From Candidatus Daviesbacteria bacterium (GTDB taxonomy: Bacteria; Patescibacteriota; Microgenomatia; Daviesbacterales; UBA10151), in the NCBI GenBank assembly GCA_016432425.1, contig CP066688.1:726647-790646 (forward strand): a stretch of 64,000 bases of DNA, read 5' to 3'. Position numbers and translations under genes: made by a program. The notes beneath the pieces are model-generated. The model was given only the letters and a program-made list of their open reading frames with translations. It did not search any database and was not told the origin of the DNA. Positions 1 to 8,671 of this stretch are shown here, piece by piece. Positions within the stretch are counted from its first letter, which is position 1. Each line of letters starts with the position of its first letter.

Positions 1-794
1 AGGTTCAGTAAAGAAGCCACTGAAAAAGCAGCTAAGGCATTATAAACTTGATAAATCCCGGGAATCGGTAAGGTAATTGGTAATTGATAATTGGTAATTG
101 ACAGTTGGAAAGAAATTCCCGCCAGGCCTTTGGCTTTAATATTTTGAGCTTGTACATTAAGTTTAGTAGCAGATCCGGGATGTTCCCCGGCAATCTTGTG
201 CTCTTTGTCAGCTATGCCAAAAGTAATAATCTTACCCTTAAAAGAGTTAGTTAATTTAAGTAAGTTAGCATCATCCCCATTAATAATTAAAGTAGTAGAT
301 TTAGGTAGCTGCTGCAAAGAATTTTGCCAGCGTTTAACTACCGAATCTATCTCTCCATAGCGATCTAGCTGATCACGAAATACATTTAAAAAAACAATGA
401 TTTTGGGCTGTAATTTGGGAGCTAAATCATTAAAAGCAGCCTCATCCAGCTCCCAAATTCCCAAATCAAACGGCTTTAATTTACCGGTTAAAAGATTAGT
501 TTGCGAGAGAAGTGCTGAAGCTACTCCCCGCTCTAGATTGGATCCGGTGGCATTTCTGATTACTTTTAAATTCTGACTCTCTGCCAAATGGCTGAGTAAC
601 CTGGCAGTAGTAGTTTTACCATTTGTGCCGGTAATAATAATATTTTGAGGAATCTGTTTAGCTAATTTAGCCACTAAATCCCGCTCCAGTTTTAAAGCAT
701 ATAAACCGGGGGCAGCAGATCCTCCGCCTTTACCTAATTTTTTACTTAAAAAAGAAATGAGCTGTCCCGCAGCTACAGCAGCTGAAGTTTTCAT
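1..794 (-). CDS. murT: Lipid II isoglutaminyl synthase subunit MurT (Mur ligase family), runs off the window edge
   Basis: Manual translation from the ATG at 794 gives MKTSAVAAGQ...GGGSAAPG...ITGTNGKTTT (P-loop)...NATGSNL...ELDEA...LNVFRDQLDRYGE...NGDD, a MurT-type motif series. TATAAT lies 7 nt upstream. Confidence 0.88.
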   Translation of the reverse strand, partial: MKTSAAVAAGQLISFLSKKLGKGGGSAAPGLYALKLERDLVAKLAKQIPQNIIITGTNGKTTTARLLSHLAESQNLKVIRNATGSNLERGVASALLSQTNLLTGKLKPFDLGIWELDEAAFNDLAPKLQPKIIVFLNVFRDQLDRYGEIDSVVKRWQNSLQQLPKSTTLIINGDDANLLKLTNSFKGKIITFGIADKEHKIAGEHPGSATKLNVQAQNIKAKGLAGISFQLSITNYQLPITLPIPGIYQVYNALAAFSVASLLN

Positions 795-814
795 ATTGCC
801 TATTATAGCTTAAA

Positions 815-1393
815 TTAGTTCAATTTAGCAGAATTTCCTGCCTCCCAAAAGGAGCTGTCAGTATTTTTATAGTGATATCTATCAGAAAATTTTTCTAAAT
901 CAGCTAAGAAATAAGCCACATGGGCACCCCAAGTAGGAGAAGCAGCATAAACCTTATTCATGGCATAAGGGTTAGTTAAACCTTTATTAATATAATTTTG
1001 TTTAAGTCCCTCGGTGACAGTATAAATACCGTCTCTCCAGGAATTAAAATCCAAAGTTTGATCGCCATAAATTCCCCAGCCCCAGGCATTAAACCCGTAA
1101 GACTGTTTACCAAAAGTACTTTCCACTCCGGAAATAGCCGGAACTAATTTCCAATCTACCCCATATGTATCAGCCGCCTCAATAAAATCTTGAGCTTGAT
1201 ATTGCAGGGGTGAATTATATTTAGCCAGGTAGGCTGCTAAAATTTGGGCGCGTTGATCCAATTGTTTAGCTTGGACCTGAGTTGGAGAGGAAACAATTTG
1301 GATAGAAGAAATCTGTTTATCAAAAGATAAACCAGAAAGGGGTAAAAGTAAAATTGTAATTAGTAATATTTTTATATTCATATTCGCGACCAT
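815..1393 (-). CDS. Secreted lysozyme-fold protein (glucosaminidase/lytic transglycosylase-like)
   Basis: Signal peptide; DWKLVPAISGVESTFG (catalytic Glu-type motif), NAWGWG, YAASPTW. Confidence 0.7.
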   Translation of the reverse strand: MVANMNIKILLITILLLPLSGLSFDKQISSIQIVSSPTQVQAKQLDQRAQILAAYLAKYNSPLQYQAQDFIEAADTYGVDWKLVPAISGVESTFGKQSYGFNAWGWGIYGDQTLDFNSWRDGIYTVTEGLKQNYINKGLTNPYAMNKVYAASPTWGAHVAYFLADLEKFSDRYHYKNTDSSFWEAGNSAKLN

Positions 1394-1432
1394 AAAAAAA
1401 TCCTGATATTTGAGGGGACAAATATCAGGATT
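1394..1432 (-). terminator. Intrinsic terminator-like hairpin
   Basis: 14-bp perfect stem aatcctgatatttg/caaatatcaggatt followed by a T run on the minus strand. Confidence 0.65.
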
Positions 1433-1439
1433 AGGACTA

Positions 1440-1468
1440 ATTATAGCTAAAATTGCTCAAAAAGTCAA
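1440..1468 (-). promoter_or_regulatory. Sigma70-type promoter
   Basis: TTGACT-17 nt-TATAAT on the minus strand. Confidence 0.65.
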
Positions 1469-1495
1469 GTACTATGGGTTAAAATAAGAGCAAAA

Positions 1496-2071
1496 TTACT
1501 GCAGTTCCAACATGAAGGAACGTACACCTTTGGCCCAAGCGCCATCCTTACCCAGAGAAGGCGGGGTATATTTAGTCATGATCTCTTCCGGAGTTTTTAA
1601 ACCAAGGTTTACATAATCTTCCCGCAGAGCTTGCCCAACTCGCTGGATTGCCTCTTCCCAGGAAGGGAATTTGCGAACATTGTTGCCATAAATTCCGTAA
1701 CCAAAAGGATTATAGGAGTTAGCAATCACTCTTTTGCCCCCATTCGACTCTTGCATGGCAATGGCTGGTAGTAGCCGCCAATCGAGTTGGTATTTATCAG
1801 CTACCTTAATAAATTCATTGGCATAATCAGTCAAAACTGATTTATAACCTAAGAAAAAATCTTCAATAATTTTGGCCCGGGCGTCAGTATGAACAATGGC
1901 ATCAGAAACGACAGTATTCTGGGCTGGTAAAGCGCTGTAAAGCTTAAAATCGTGGCTAACTACCGGGGTGTACTTAGCAGTAGATAGATGCATCAGTAAT
2001 ATTAGGGAGAATATTAAGCTGGTAAAGGAGGTCCCAAACCAAGAGGCCACCAAGGTAGTTTGTTTGTCCAT
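1496..2071 (-). CDS. Membrane-anchored lysozyme-fold protein, paralogue of 815..1393
   Basis: N-terminal TM helix; DWRLLPAIAMQESNGG, NPFGYG, KYTPP. Confidence 0.7.
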   Translation of the reverse strand: MDKQTTLVASWFGTSFTSLIFSLILLMHLSTAKYTPVVSHDFKLYSALPAQNTVVSDAIVHTDARAKIIEDFFLGYKSVLTDYANEFIKVADKYQLDWRLLPAIAMQESNGGKRVIANSYNPFGYGIYGNNVRKFPSWEEAIQRVGQALREDYVNLGLKTPEEIMTKYTPPSLGKDGAWAKGVRSFMLELQ

Positions 2072-2116
2072 CTGCTAATGATCTAAGTTAGACAAATTTT
2101 TTGCTTTTGTCAAGTT

Positions 2117-3127
2117 TTAGGAGGCAAATACTTTGGGGGTTAGAACATCCAAAATAGCTTGGGCGCAAACTTCTGAATTATGCCTTACCACTTTCAGTTG
2201 ATGTGCTTGCCCTTGTTCTATTTCTATCCTAGTAAAATTACCACGATGAATTTTGTTGGCTAGCGAACAACCAGCTAAATCATTTATCACTGGATACGAA
2301 CCAATGCGAGCGTAAGTAGGAGGAAAATCATGATCTGGTTCATTAACAAAGGCGTGGTCAATAGGTCTACCTAAAATTCCTACTATAACATGAGCAAATT
2401 TTCTAGCAGTATAGCCGTTGGTTTCAGCAAATTTAGTACTGGCGTTACAAAACCAAAGCAGTGGAGACCTACTTTGTCTAATAGCTTCGGCTAGTCCAGG
2501 TGTTTTTAAAATAGGCACTAATGAGGTCCAAAGATCGCTAGGTGGTATTAAAATAGCATCTTTTGGGGTTAAACCATTGATAATCTCCAAAACCTCAGGA
2601 TTAGCTCTGGGAGGCTGAGGAATAAATTCAATATCTGTAATTGCTGGAGTATTAATTTCTCGGGTATCAATATTAGTTTCACCTTCTAAGTATGACCCAT
2701 CCTCCATTCTAGCCCTGATATGGACATTATCATCGCTTATAGGAATAACTCTACCAACATAATGGGCAGCAAAGGCTTTCTCTAAGAGTTTTACTCCTCC
2801 GGAATGGCTACCTGTTATTATTTCGGCCGCTGCTAGTAGCTCGGTAAGAGGGCGATGTCCTTTTAGACTACTGTTACCATTCCACCTGAAACCAGCTAGC
2901 TTACCCACATCCCCCTCTTTGTCTCTAATATGAATTCCAATTCTATGAGTAGCGTCTCCTGGCGGTAAAACTCCTTCTTCTATCCGTAGTAAGCCAGAGT
3001 GGCCACCACTATCATGAACACCGGTAACGCTGATTACATTGGGGGTTAAATTTAAGAGGCCATCTTCAATACTAATACAACCTTTTCCTCCAGCGGGTAT
3101 GACAATTCTAGGCTCATAATCCTTCAT
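2117..3127 (-). CDS. yvcK: YvcK/CofD family protein
   Basis: GGKG, DSGGHSGLLR...LPPGD, GETNID, SDLWTSL motifs; somewhat divergent. Confidence 0.78.
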   Translation of the reverse strand: MKDYEPRIVIPAGGKGCISIEDGLLNLTPNVISVTGVHDSGGHSGLLRIEEGVLPPGDATHRIGIHIRDKEGDVGKLAGFRWNGNSSLKGHRPLTELLAAAEIITGSHSGGVKLLEKAFAAHYVGRVIPISDDNVHIRARMEDGSYLEGETNIDTREINTPAITDIEFIPQPPRANPEVLEIINGLTPKDAILIPPSDLWTSLVPILKTPGLAEAIRQSRSPLLWFCNASTKFAETNGYTARKFAHVIVGILGRPIDHAFVNEPDHDFPPTYARIGSYPVINDLAGCSLANKIHRGNFTRIEIEQGQAHQLKVVRHNSEVCAQAILDVLTPKVFAS

Positions 3128-3203
3128 ACAAAACTTCCGAAAATTATCATATCACAATAGATCAATATGCAAAAGATCCTTATTTAAGGTAAAATATACC
3201 TAC

Positions 3204-3287
3204 GCCCCGATGCTGGAATTGGTAGACAGGCTAGTTTCAGGAACTAGTGCCCGAAAGGGCGTGGGAGTTCGAGTCTCCCTTGGGGCA
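3204..3287 (+). tRNA. tRNA-Leu(CAG)
   Basis: Cloverleaf with long variable arm; ctagt-TT CAG GA-actag; GTTCGAGTC. Confidence 0.95.
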
Positions 3288-3292
3288 CTTAA

Positions 3293-3377
3293 GCCGAGGT
3301 GGCGGAATTGGTATACGCGTACGCTTGAGGTGCGTATCCCGCAAGGGGTGCAGGTTCAAGTCCTGTCCTCGGCACCA
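3293..3377 (+). tRNA. tRNA-Leu(GAG)
   Basis: tacgc-TT GAG GT-gcgta; long variable arm; encoded CCA. Confidence 0.95.
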
Positions 3378-3388
3378 AAATAATTTAT

Positions 3389-3461
3389 GGACGGTTAGCT
3401 CAGTTGGTAGAGCGCTTCATTTACACTGAAGATGTCGGGGGTTCAAGTCCCTCACCGTCCA
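3389..3461 (+). tRNA. tRNA-Val(TAC)
   Basis: cttca-TT TAC AC-tgaag; GTTCAAGTC. Confidence 0.95.
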
Positions 3462-3462
3462 C

Positions 3463-3975
3463 TTACTTTCCTATTCCCAAAACTTGGGATCCTAGCCAGG
3501 GTTGGTAATTGACCAGATGTAAAGAAAATTCTTGGTATATCTTAAAAAGAAAAAGTAAAATTAAAACTGCTGTAGATAATTTTCTGGACCAAAGTAATTT
3601 TTCTCCCCAGAATTTTTGATAAATTAAATAAAACAAAAAGAAGAATTCAAATAAATTGGGAAAGAAAAATAATAATTGCTTTGCTTGAGTAATCTCAAAA
3701 AGAATAACACCAACTATTCTATAAAAAAATAAACTGCTGGCAATTTTTTTAACTAATTTGTCTCTCCAGGTTAAAGCTACTATAAATTCCAAAGTCAAAT
3801 AATGAAGATCTAATACTTTATCTAGGTTTTGGTAAAGTATTAATTTCCCTGGGTCAAAAGCCTGTAGGATATTAAAATCAATATAATCCAGGAAAATACT
3901 TAAGAGCCCGCCAATGAGGGGCCATCTTAGAATTAGCAGTGGCAAAGTGATTCTTAAAAGAATTACTAATATCAA
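3463..3975 (-). CDS. Hypothetical integral membrane protein
   Basis: Several hydrophobic segments; LDYID and LDKVLD acidic motifs. Confidence 0.6.
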   Translation of the reverse strand: MILVILLRITLPLLILRWPLIGGLLSIFLDYIDFNILQAFDPGKLILYQNLDKVLDLHYLTLEFIVALTWRDKLVKKIASSLFFYRIVGVILFEITQAKQLLFFFPNLFEFFFLFYLIYQKFWGEKLLWSRKLSTAVLILLFLFKIYQEFSLHLVNYQPWLGSQVLGIGK

Positions 3976-4061
3976 GTTATTAATATATTTTTATCCAAGC
4001 TTTAGAGAATCAGATAAACTTAAAGTAAGAAAAAGATAGGAAAATTTGTTATGATTTTAAT

Positions 4062-4268
4062 ATGGTAGATCCGGGAAAGATTTTTGCCCTGCTGGGAATT
4101 CTTTTTTTAATGATTTCTTTATTATGGAATGTAATTGCCCCTAATTTGCCCAAAATTCCCGGGGATATTTATATAAATAGAGGTGGAATTAAGATTTATA
4201 TCCCCTGGTTATCTTCCTTAATCCTTTCCGCCATCTTAACTTTACTCTTCAATTTTTTTAGAAAATAG
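4062..4268 (+). CDS. DUF2905-family small membrane protein
   Basis: Two TM helices flanking PGDIYI...KIYIPW. Confidence 0.75.
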   Translation: MVDPGKIFALLGILFLMISLLWNVIAPNLPKIPGDIYINRGGIKIYIPWLSSLILSAILTLLFNFFRK

Positions 4269-4288
4269 GGTAAAATCTACAGTGATTT

Positions 4289-4361
4289 GCCGGAATTGCC
4301 AACGTGGTCAAGGCGGGCGCTTGAAGAGCGTTTTATCTCAGTCCGATTCTGGGTTCCGGCA
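4289..4361 (+). tRNA. tRNA-Phe(GAA), atypical
   Basis: Acceptor GCCGGAA/TTCCGGC; ggcgc-TT GAA GA-gcgtt; T-loop TCCGATT. Confidence 0.8.
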
Positions 4362-4433
4362 CCGAAAGTTTCTGTGGGAATAACAACCTCCGCCAAAGGC
4401 GGAGAACGTTGTTCCCTGGAAATCGGCATTTCT

Positions 4434-4508
4434 GCGGGAATAGCTCAGCGGTAGAGCGTCTCATTGCCAATGAGAAGGTCACGGGTTCAAATCCCGCTTC
4501 CCGCTCCA
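4434..4508 (+). tRNA. tRNA-Gly(GCC)
   Basis: tctca-TT GCC AA-tgaga; GTTCAAATC; encoded CCA. Confidence 0.95.
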
Positions 4509-4672
4509 TAGGAATTTTATCGAACTCGTGGATTTTAGCTTCAGAAAGTTGCTGAAATTCTGTAAAATCTAAACCTATAACCTTATACCCTAACAGGAAT
4601 CGAACTAGCCTCAAGCTCGTTATTTCCCCTCTTGATCAGATTTTTCAAAACTACCCATCCACTTTGACCCGT

Positions 4673-4816
4673 TCAATGAGCGAGGCTCGCCAAAGGCGGC
4701 CCATAAAATTCTTGCATAACTGCACAAGCCAGTAAATACACAACTTCTTGTATGTCCTTTAGCTCTTCTTCTGATGAATTAGGATAATATCTCTTGATTA
4801 TTTCCAGCGGTAACAT
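4673..4816 (-). CDS. 47-aa small protein (not in ORF track), C-terminus possibly altered by a palindrome insertion
   Basis: Strong SD AAGGGGGTGAT upstream; MLPLEIIKRYYPNSSEEELKDIQEVVYLLACAVMQEFYGPPLASLAH. Confidence 0.5.
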   Translation of the reverse strand: MLPLEIIKRYYPNSSEEELKDIQEVVYLLACAVMQEFYGPPLASLAH

Positions 4817-4880
4817 TTGCAATTATCACCCCCTTAATCTAAAATTAGAAAGATTTTACGGTTTGTGATCAAGGTATAAT

Positions 4881-6596
4881 ATGATTGAGGCAGAAATGTA
4901 CAAGAAAATAGAAATAAATAGGAAAAATATATTTATTGGAGTTGCATGGCCCTATGTTAATGGAGACATACATATTGGTCATATGGCAGGATATCTTCTT
5001 CCTGCTGATATAATTGCTAGATATTATCGAGCAGATAATTATAAGGTCTTAATGGTATCAGGATCAGATTGTTTTGGAACTCCAATTACCATTGAAGCCG
5101 ATAAAAGAGATTTACCCCCTCAAACTATTGCTGATATCTATCATAAACAAGATGAAAGACTCTTTAAAGAAGTTCTAGGTTTAACATATGATATTTACAC
5201 AAGGACTGATACTGAAAATCATATAAAAACAGTACAAGATGTTTTTATGGGACTTCTTGACAGAGGGTATATTTTTATTGACACCACCAAACAATTCTAT
5301 TCACCTCAAGAAAAAAAATTCCTGCCTGATAGGTATGTTGAAGGCGAGTGTAAAAATTGTGGATATGATGGTGCGAGGGCAGATCAGTGCGAAAACTGTG
5401 GTAAATTATTAGAACAAGATGAATTGATTAATCCAAAGAGTAAACTAACAGAACAAGAAGTTATACTTAAAGATACAGAACATTACTTTTTAGATTGGTC
5501 TCTGTTACAACCACAAATTAATGATTATGTAGCAGGCTCTGGATCGCATTGGAAAAATTGGGTTTTTCAAGAAACACAAGGCTGGCTTAGGAAAGGATTA
5601 AAACCCAGAGCAATCACCAGGGATATTAATTGGGGAGTTCCTTTACCTACGGATAGAATACCTAGTGATAAATTAATAGATAACCATCAAGAAAAACGTC
5701 TTTATGTATGGTTTGATGCCGTGATAGGGTATCTATCTGCTTCAAAACTTTGGGCTCAAGAAAACTCTGAAAACTGGGAAAATTTTTGGTACAATCAAGA
5801 TTCCAAACATTACTATTTTATGGGGAAAGACAATTTGATATTTCACACTATCCTATGGCCAGGACAGTTAATCGGATATGATCCAAAATTACACCTCCCT
5901 GATATGCCTAGTGTAAATATGTTTTACAATTTAGAAGGTCAAAAATTCTCTAAAAGTAAAAATATTACTATTGGCATAGAAGAATTAGTTAATCAATTTG
6001 GTAATGATGCTGTAAGATTTTATACTACCTTAACTATGCCCGAGACAAAAGACGCTAGTTTTAAATTCGATGATTTCATAGAAAAAAATAACCAGTTATT
6101 AGTTGGAAATCTAGGAAATTACATTCATAGAATTTTATCTATTGCGAGTACAGAAGATATCGGAAAAATTGCAGCATACCCTTTGTCTAGTGAGGTAAGT
6201 AAAGCTATAGATACATCCTTTGAAAAGGCTAGGTCTCATATTCAAAATTGTGAATTCAGGAATTATTTAGATGATTTATTAAATCTTTCGGATTTTGGGA
6301 ATAAGTTTTTTAGTTACCAAGAAGTGTGGAAATTAAAAAAAACAGATCGTGAGCAATACTGCAGTGCTTTAAAGCAATTGTATTCAATGATATTAGCGTT
6401 AGGTTATTTAATGGTACCAGTTTTACCGGAAACGTCTACTAGATTAGCACAGATGCTAGAAATTGAAACCTTCGATAAATGGCCTCAGGTAAATGAAGAA
6501 ATAAATAGGATTGAAGATCAACTAAAACAAGTCAAACAACCCATTAAGCCGACACCTTTATTTAGAAAGATTGATCCAAAAGAAACCCTAAAATAA
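4881..6596 (+). CDS. metG: Methionyl-tRNA synthetase (monomeric, no C-terminal tRNA-binding domain)
   Basis: AWPYVNGDIHIGH, SGSDCFGTPI, CxxC zinc knuckles (CKNC, CENC), YVWFDA, GKDN, KFSKS. Confidence 0.95.
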   Translation: MIEAEMYKKIEINRKNIFIGVAWPYVNGDIHIGHMAGYLLPADIIARYYRADNYKVLMVSGSDCFGTPITIEADKRDLPPQTIADIYHKQDERLFKEVLGLTYDIYTRTDTENHIKTVQDVFMGLLDRGYIFIDTTKQFYSPQEKKFLPDRYVEGECKNCGYDGARADQCENCGKLLEQDELINPKSKLTEQEVILKDTEHYFLDWSLLQPQINDYVAGSGSHWKNWVFQETQGWLRKGLKPRAITRDINWGVPLPTDRIPSDKLIDNHQEKRLYVWFDAVIGYLSASKLWAQENSENWENFWYNQDSKHYYFMGKDNLIFHTILWPGQLIGYDPKLHLPDMPSVNMFYNLEGQKFSKSKNITIGIEELVNQFGNDAVRFYTTLTMPETKDASFKFDDFIEKNNQLLVGNLGNYIHRILSIASTEDIGKIAAYPLSSEVSKAIDTSFEKARSHIQNCEFRNYLDDLLNLSDFGNKFFSYQEVWKLKKTDREQYCSALKQLYSMILALGYLMVPVLPETSTRLAQMLEIETFDKWPQVNEEINRIEDQLKQVKQPIKPTPLFRKIDPKETLK

Positions 6597-6664
6597 GTTT
6601 CTACTAAAACCAAAGAAAAAACTGAGTTTCTAAATGTTGTCGAATTTCTTTTTGGCGATTAATA

Positions 6665-7585
6665 CTACCTTTTTTCAAATTCATATATAAAGCATCCAGG
6701 TTTTATGTATATTCCGTTTTCTTTTTGATAGGTGTTAAAATCTTGTTTCAACTCATCAATTATCTCTTCAACATCATTTGATTTGTTAAAATATGTTTCC
6801 ATATGGAAATTCATGAATGTTTCTAGTGCCTCATTCATGGATTCATATCGTATCGGGTCGCCTACTAAATGAGTTGTAGACATTTTTCCGATTCCCTCCC
6901 GTAAACATATATTGGAAACCTCGTCGATTAATAATTTGGATGGAGATTGGATATTGATATCTGAAAATATTGGGAAAACCTTTTTCCATTGTTTAAAAAG
7001 AATAGTTTGCTCTTCACTCTGACTATCAAAGTGAATAATATATAATTTTCCATTTGATTCTAAATTATTTTTTATAAACCTGAGGATGTTATTTTTTACA
7101 TATTCAGATTTTGATGGGTCATGAATCAAATGCTGATGTACTGAATGTGAGAAGCTCCACAAGCTATACACAAAATCATATTTATTTTTGGCGCTAGAGA
7201 AATAGTTAATGGTATCACTGCGGATAAAAGAAATACCTCTTTGATTCCGATATTTTTTTTGGGAATAATCGATCATTTGAGGACTAAGATCAACCATGTC
7301 CAGGGATGTATATCTAGGTATGTGTTCCAGAAAAATATCAGTGGCTCTACCTGAACCAAAGCCCAGTTCAAGCGCTCGTATGATCGGAAGAGGTCTTATT
7401 TTACTGTCCAAATAATTTGAAAAAAGTTTAAGGTCAGTGACGGAGTTAAATACATACTCCTTAAGTATGCTATTATAGTAATCTGGAGGTATATATTCTG
7501 AAATTTTGTCTGCATGTAGCTTGAGCCAAGGATATTTCTGTTGCAAATAGCTTAATTGCATATCCCACTTATGATAAATCATCAT
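6665..7585 (-). CDS. Class I SAM-dependent methyltransferase
   Basis: ALELGFGSG motif I, VDLSPQMI, YDFVYS. Confidence 0.85.
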   Translation of the reverse strand: MMIYHKWDMQLSYLQQKYPWLKLHADKISEYIPPDYYNSILKEYVFNSVTDLKLFSNYLDSKIRPLPIIRALELGFGSGRATDIFLEHIPRYTSLDMVDLSPQMIDYSQKKYRNQRGISFIRSDTINYFSSAKNKYDFVYSLWSFSHSVHQHLIHDPSKSEYVKNNILRFIKNNLESNGKLYIIHFDSQSEEQTILFKQWKKVFPIFSDINIQSPSKLLIDEVSNICLREGIGKMSTTHLVGDPIRYESMNEALETFMNFHMETYFNKSNDVEEIIDELKQDFNTYQKENGIYIKPGCFIYEFEKR

Positions 7586-7616
7586 TCCAACTTAGTCAAA
7601 ATAAAAAAACATTTGA

Positions 7617-8639
7617 TTAATCAGTAAGTATTTTATAAAGAGTAGAGGAAAGTTTAGTCATTTGTGAATGAGATTGGATACAAATACGTAACCAACAATC
7701 ACCAGTGAACCCCAGCTCGGCTCCATCTCTAACCAGAAAACCTTGTTCTTTAAGTTTGCTCGCCACTTTAGTACTGGTCTTATTAACCAATATTTTTAAT
7801 AGAATAAAATTAGCTTCAGGCACGAATGGTTGCAACAAACCATAGAATTTGTCTTGGAACAATTTGTAAGTGTCAGGTCTAGCTTGAAGAAAAAATTTTC
7901 GTGTTTTAGTAAGGTGAGTAGTCTGTTTAACCAGCCAAGAGGTGACTTTTTCACTAAAAGCGTTGGTGGAGTATGGTATGTGAAATTCTTTGTATTTAGC
8001 AATATTTAAGGGAGATGAAACCAAAAATGCTGACCTAATACCCGGTACAGCAAATACCTTAGAAAATGAAGTAACAACAAAAAGGTTATCTAAATTTTGA
8101 GCCAGAGATGTAAGAGTTAATTGCGAATAATCCTGGCGAAAAATGAGATAAGTCTCATCAACAACAAAACAAGTGTTGGGATGATCTTTTATTATAGTAA
8201 GAATTTTTTCTCGTTCTATAAGTGTAGAAGTGGGGTTGTTAGGGTTACAAAGATAAACAACTGTGTTTGGAGTAAGTTGACTTTCAAGGATAGGTAAGTT
8301 CAAAACAAAATTTTCAGCCTCTACCAAAGAGAGGATATTGATTTTATGACCTGCTTTTTGACTGGCTAAAGAATATTCCCAAAAAGTAGGATACGGAATC
8401 AAGGAAATTTTCTTATTGAGAAATCTAGGTAAAATGAAAAGAGCCTCAGTGGAGCCATTACAAAAGATAACCCCATCGGGAGCAAGATCGAAAGCAACAG
8501 CAATATCTCTACTGACAGATTCACTGTGAGCATCTGGGTAATGTAAAGCAGAATTAATCAAATCCTGAGCCTGCACGAAAAATGCAGGAGGACAGCCGAG
8601 CACATTAATATTTTGAGCAAAGTCTAGGACTGTTTTCAT
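7617..8639 (-). CDS. PLP-dependent class I/II aminotransferase-fold enzyme (CobD/HisC-like)
   Basis: DFAQNINVLG, NGSTEA, CNPNNPT, DETY, SFSK(PLP)VFAVPGIR. Confidence 0.88.
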   Translation of the reverse strand: MKTVLDFAQNINVLGCPPAFFVQAQDLINSALHYPDAHSESVSRDIAVAFDLAPDGVIFCNGSTEALFILPRFLNKKISLIPYPTFWEYSLASQKAGHKINILSLVEAENFVLNLPILESQLTPNTVVYLCNPNNPTSTLIEREKILTIIKDHPNTCFVVDETYLIFRQDYSQLTLTSLAQNLDNLFVVTSFSKVFAVPGIRSAFLVSSPLNIAKYKEFHIPYSTNAFSEKVTSWLVKQTTHLTKTRKFFLQARPDTYKLFQDKFYGLLQPFVPEANFILLKILVNKTSTKVASKLKEQGFLVRDGAELGFTGDCWLRICIQSHSQMTKLSSTLYKILTD

Positions 8640-8671
8640 TTTATGCTATAATTAAGCTAATTATACTAAAT

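Noticed and set aside
3247-3429. 60-aa ORF
   Set aside because: Overlaps three tRNA genes.
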